Part shown: positions 62,015 through 64,000 of the stretch, one piece after another
Layout of the letters: each line of letters begins with the position of its first letter
Position numbering within the stretch: position 1 is the first letter of the stretch
Notes under the pieces: model-generated
What the model was told of the DNA's origin: nothing
The model's database searches: none
The model's input: the letters and a program-made list of their open reading frames with translations, nothing else
Assembly (NCBI GenBank): GCA_030390025.1
Contig: CM059431.1
Span: 98,024,001 to 98,088,000 of the forward strand
Length of the DNA stretch: 64,000 nt
From: Squalus acanthias
Lineage: Eukaryota
Reading direction: 5' to 3'
Made by a program: the position numbers and the translations under genes

Positions 62015-63081
62015 AGAACATAAGAATTAGGAGCAGGAGTCGGAGTCCGCCCCTCCAGCCTGCTCCGCCCCGCCAGCCTGCTCCGCCCCTCCTGCCTGCT
62101 CCGCCCCTCCAGCCTGCTCCGCCATTCAATAAGATCATGGCTGATCTTTGACCTCAACTCCACTTTCCTGCACTATCCCCATATCCCTCGATTCCCTTAA
62201 TATCCAAAAATCTATCGCTCTCTGTCTTGAATATACTCAACGACTGAGCACCCACAGCCCTCTGGGGCAGAGAATTCCAAAGATTCACCACCCTCTGAGT
62301 GAAGAAATTTCTCCTCATCTCAGTCTTAAATGGCCGACCCCTTATCCTGAGACTGTGATCCCTGGTTCTAGACTCCCCAGACAGGGGAAAACATCCTCCC
62401 TGCATCTACCCTGTCAAGCCCTGTAAGAATATTATGGGGGAAAATTCGGTCGCGCCCCATTTGGTCGGTAACTTTTTCGGAGTGCTAAAAGTAGATTCAA
62501 CGGTAGCGCCCCATGCAGGAGGCGGGGCTACTGGAAGCGCTCCCCCTCCTTCCTGGGGCGCTACCAGTGAATATCGCGGCACTATGTGCAACAGCGCCAC
62601 GTGCGTCAGGACGTAGCGCCGCGGTACTGCAGGCCTCCCTCCCCTGACTCCACTCAAGAGGAGTGCCGGGCTGACCGAGCGCGGCCGGCACCCCGCGTGA
62701 GGAAGTGGAAGGGGGCAGGTGCTGGCAAGCGGCACAAAAAAAAAGGCCGCCCGACACCTGCCCTTTGACTTGCGCCGCTGTGGCCGCAAAAACGCCCCCT
62801 GACCCTGTCGGACATGGTGTCCGGCGGTAGGTCAGGGGGCGCAAGCGACATTTACATCCGGTGCGCGAGCGGGACGCTGCGCACGGCGATGACATCATCG
62901 CCGGAGGCGCAGCGCCACGGGGCGATACCGGCTACCACCACCGCTAACCTCCCACTGAATTTTGCAGGAGGCGTTAGTGCCGCCGCGCCCAGGCGCTAGG
63001 GGCTTTGCGCCCTGTTAGTGCCCCCCGGGGGTGCTAACGGGAGGTGCAAGAAAAGCCAATTTTTCCCCCTCTATGTTTCAA
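62015..63081 (-). mobile_element. CR1 3' fragment (62015-62435, resumes 63070-63081) split by a MITE
   Basis: Minus-strand RTRDHSLRIRGRPFKTEMRRNFFTQRVVNLWNSLPQ; AGAACATAAGAA tail; short internal expansion of CCTGCTCCGCCCCTCCAG at ~62047-62122. Confidence 0.88.
62436..63069 (+). mobile_element. Non-autonomous Harbinger MITE inserted in CR1
   Basis: Ends GGGGGAAAATTCGGTCGCGCCCC / AATTTTTCCCCC match the autonomous copy 1 ends. Flanks TAT / TCT split CR1 AGAATAT-TAT-ATGTTTCAA. Confidence 0.88.
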
Positions 63082-63468
63082 GGCGTGTTGTAAAGGAAAG
63101 GATGCTAAAGTTTCAGCAGCAGATTGCAGTTTGAGTGCAGGCCAGCTCTCGTGGCTTGGAGCGTTCCAGGGAGATTCGGTGGGGAGCAGGTGCTGAATAA
63201 TCATTCAGATAGGGAGAGCACCCTTCCAAATATTCCAGCCACTGGCAGTCTGCCACCAGTAATAATTCACAATCCCTGAGGATCGGAGTCAGCCCGTGTC
63301 CACGCAGTACGAGGTCAGTAAGGAATAGTTCTTGTCTCTATTGCTCCACTCACAGTAGCAAGGGACTCGTTAAAGTATTTACTCTGGTGCTGGATAAAAA
63401 TTTTCACTCTGCCAGATGGGATTATAGAAATTGCACCATAGAAGGAGGCCCATTCAGCCTCTTGTGTG

Positions 63469-64000
63469 AAATACTGCGGGAGCGCCACACTGTCGGAGGG
63501 GCAGTACTGAGGGAGCGCCACACTGTCGGAGGGGCAGTACTGAGGGAGCGCCGCACTGTCGGAGGGGCAGTACTGAGGGAGCGCCGCACTGTCGGAGGGG
63601 CAGTACTGAGGGAGCGCCGCACTGTCGGAGGGGCAGTACTGAGGGAGCGCCGCACTGTCGGAGGGGCAGTACTGAGGGAGTGTTGCACTGTCGGAGGGGC
63701 AGTACTGAGGGAGCGCCGCACTGTCGGAGGGGCAGTACTGAGGGAGTGCCGCACTGTCGGAGGGGCAGTACTGAGGGAGTGCCGCACTGTCGGAGGGGCA
63801 GTACTGAGGGAGTGCCGCACTGTCGGAGGGGCAGTGCTGAGGGAGTGCCGCACTGTCGGAGGGGCAGTGCTGAGGGAGCGCCGCAGTGTCGGAGGGGCAG
63901 TACTGAGGGAGTGCCGCACTGTCGGAGGGGCAGTACTGAGGGAGCGCTGCACTGTCGGTGGGTCAGTACTGAGGGAGCGCTGCACTGTCGGAGGGGCAGT
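63469..64000 (+). repeat. SINE-derived 33-bp minisatellite, at least 16 units, runs off window end
   Basis: Same unit as 954-2272. Confidence 0.95.

Overview
Repeat-dominated eukaryotic (vertebrate) genomic DNA. The element set (tRNA-headed Deu-domain SINEs resembling SacSINE1/AmnSINE1, CR1 LINE 3' ends with (TTCTTATG)n tails, L2 LINE 3' ends with (TTG)n tails) points to a cartilaginous fish, by inference. I recognise no host protein-coding gene, and nearly all long ORFs in the track are artefacts of tandem repeats. The real coding content is two full-length PIF/Harbinger DNA transposons (35590-39807 and 55282-59537). Each has 12-bp TIRs, a 3-bp TSD, a 3-exon Myb/SANT-like gene on + and a single-exon 386-aa DDE transposase on -, arranged convergently. 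Copy 2 has both genes intact and sits inside a ~19-kb 17-bp purine-rich satellite; copy 1 has a CGA>TGA nonsense codon in the Myb-like gene. The most unusual signal is that the Myb-gene introns, including a perfect 54-bp repeat array, are ~99% identical between the copies while exons and other non-coding parts differ by ~5%. Two non-autonomous MITEs share the ends of this family, and a second MITE family is present. Many minisatellites in the window visibly grew out of transposon sequences (SINE 33-mer at six loci, L2 20-mer, CR1 51-mer). All counts and alignments were made by eye, and coordinates of degraded repeats are approximate.
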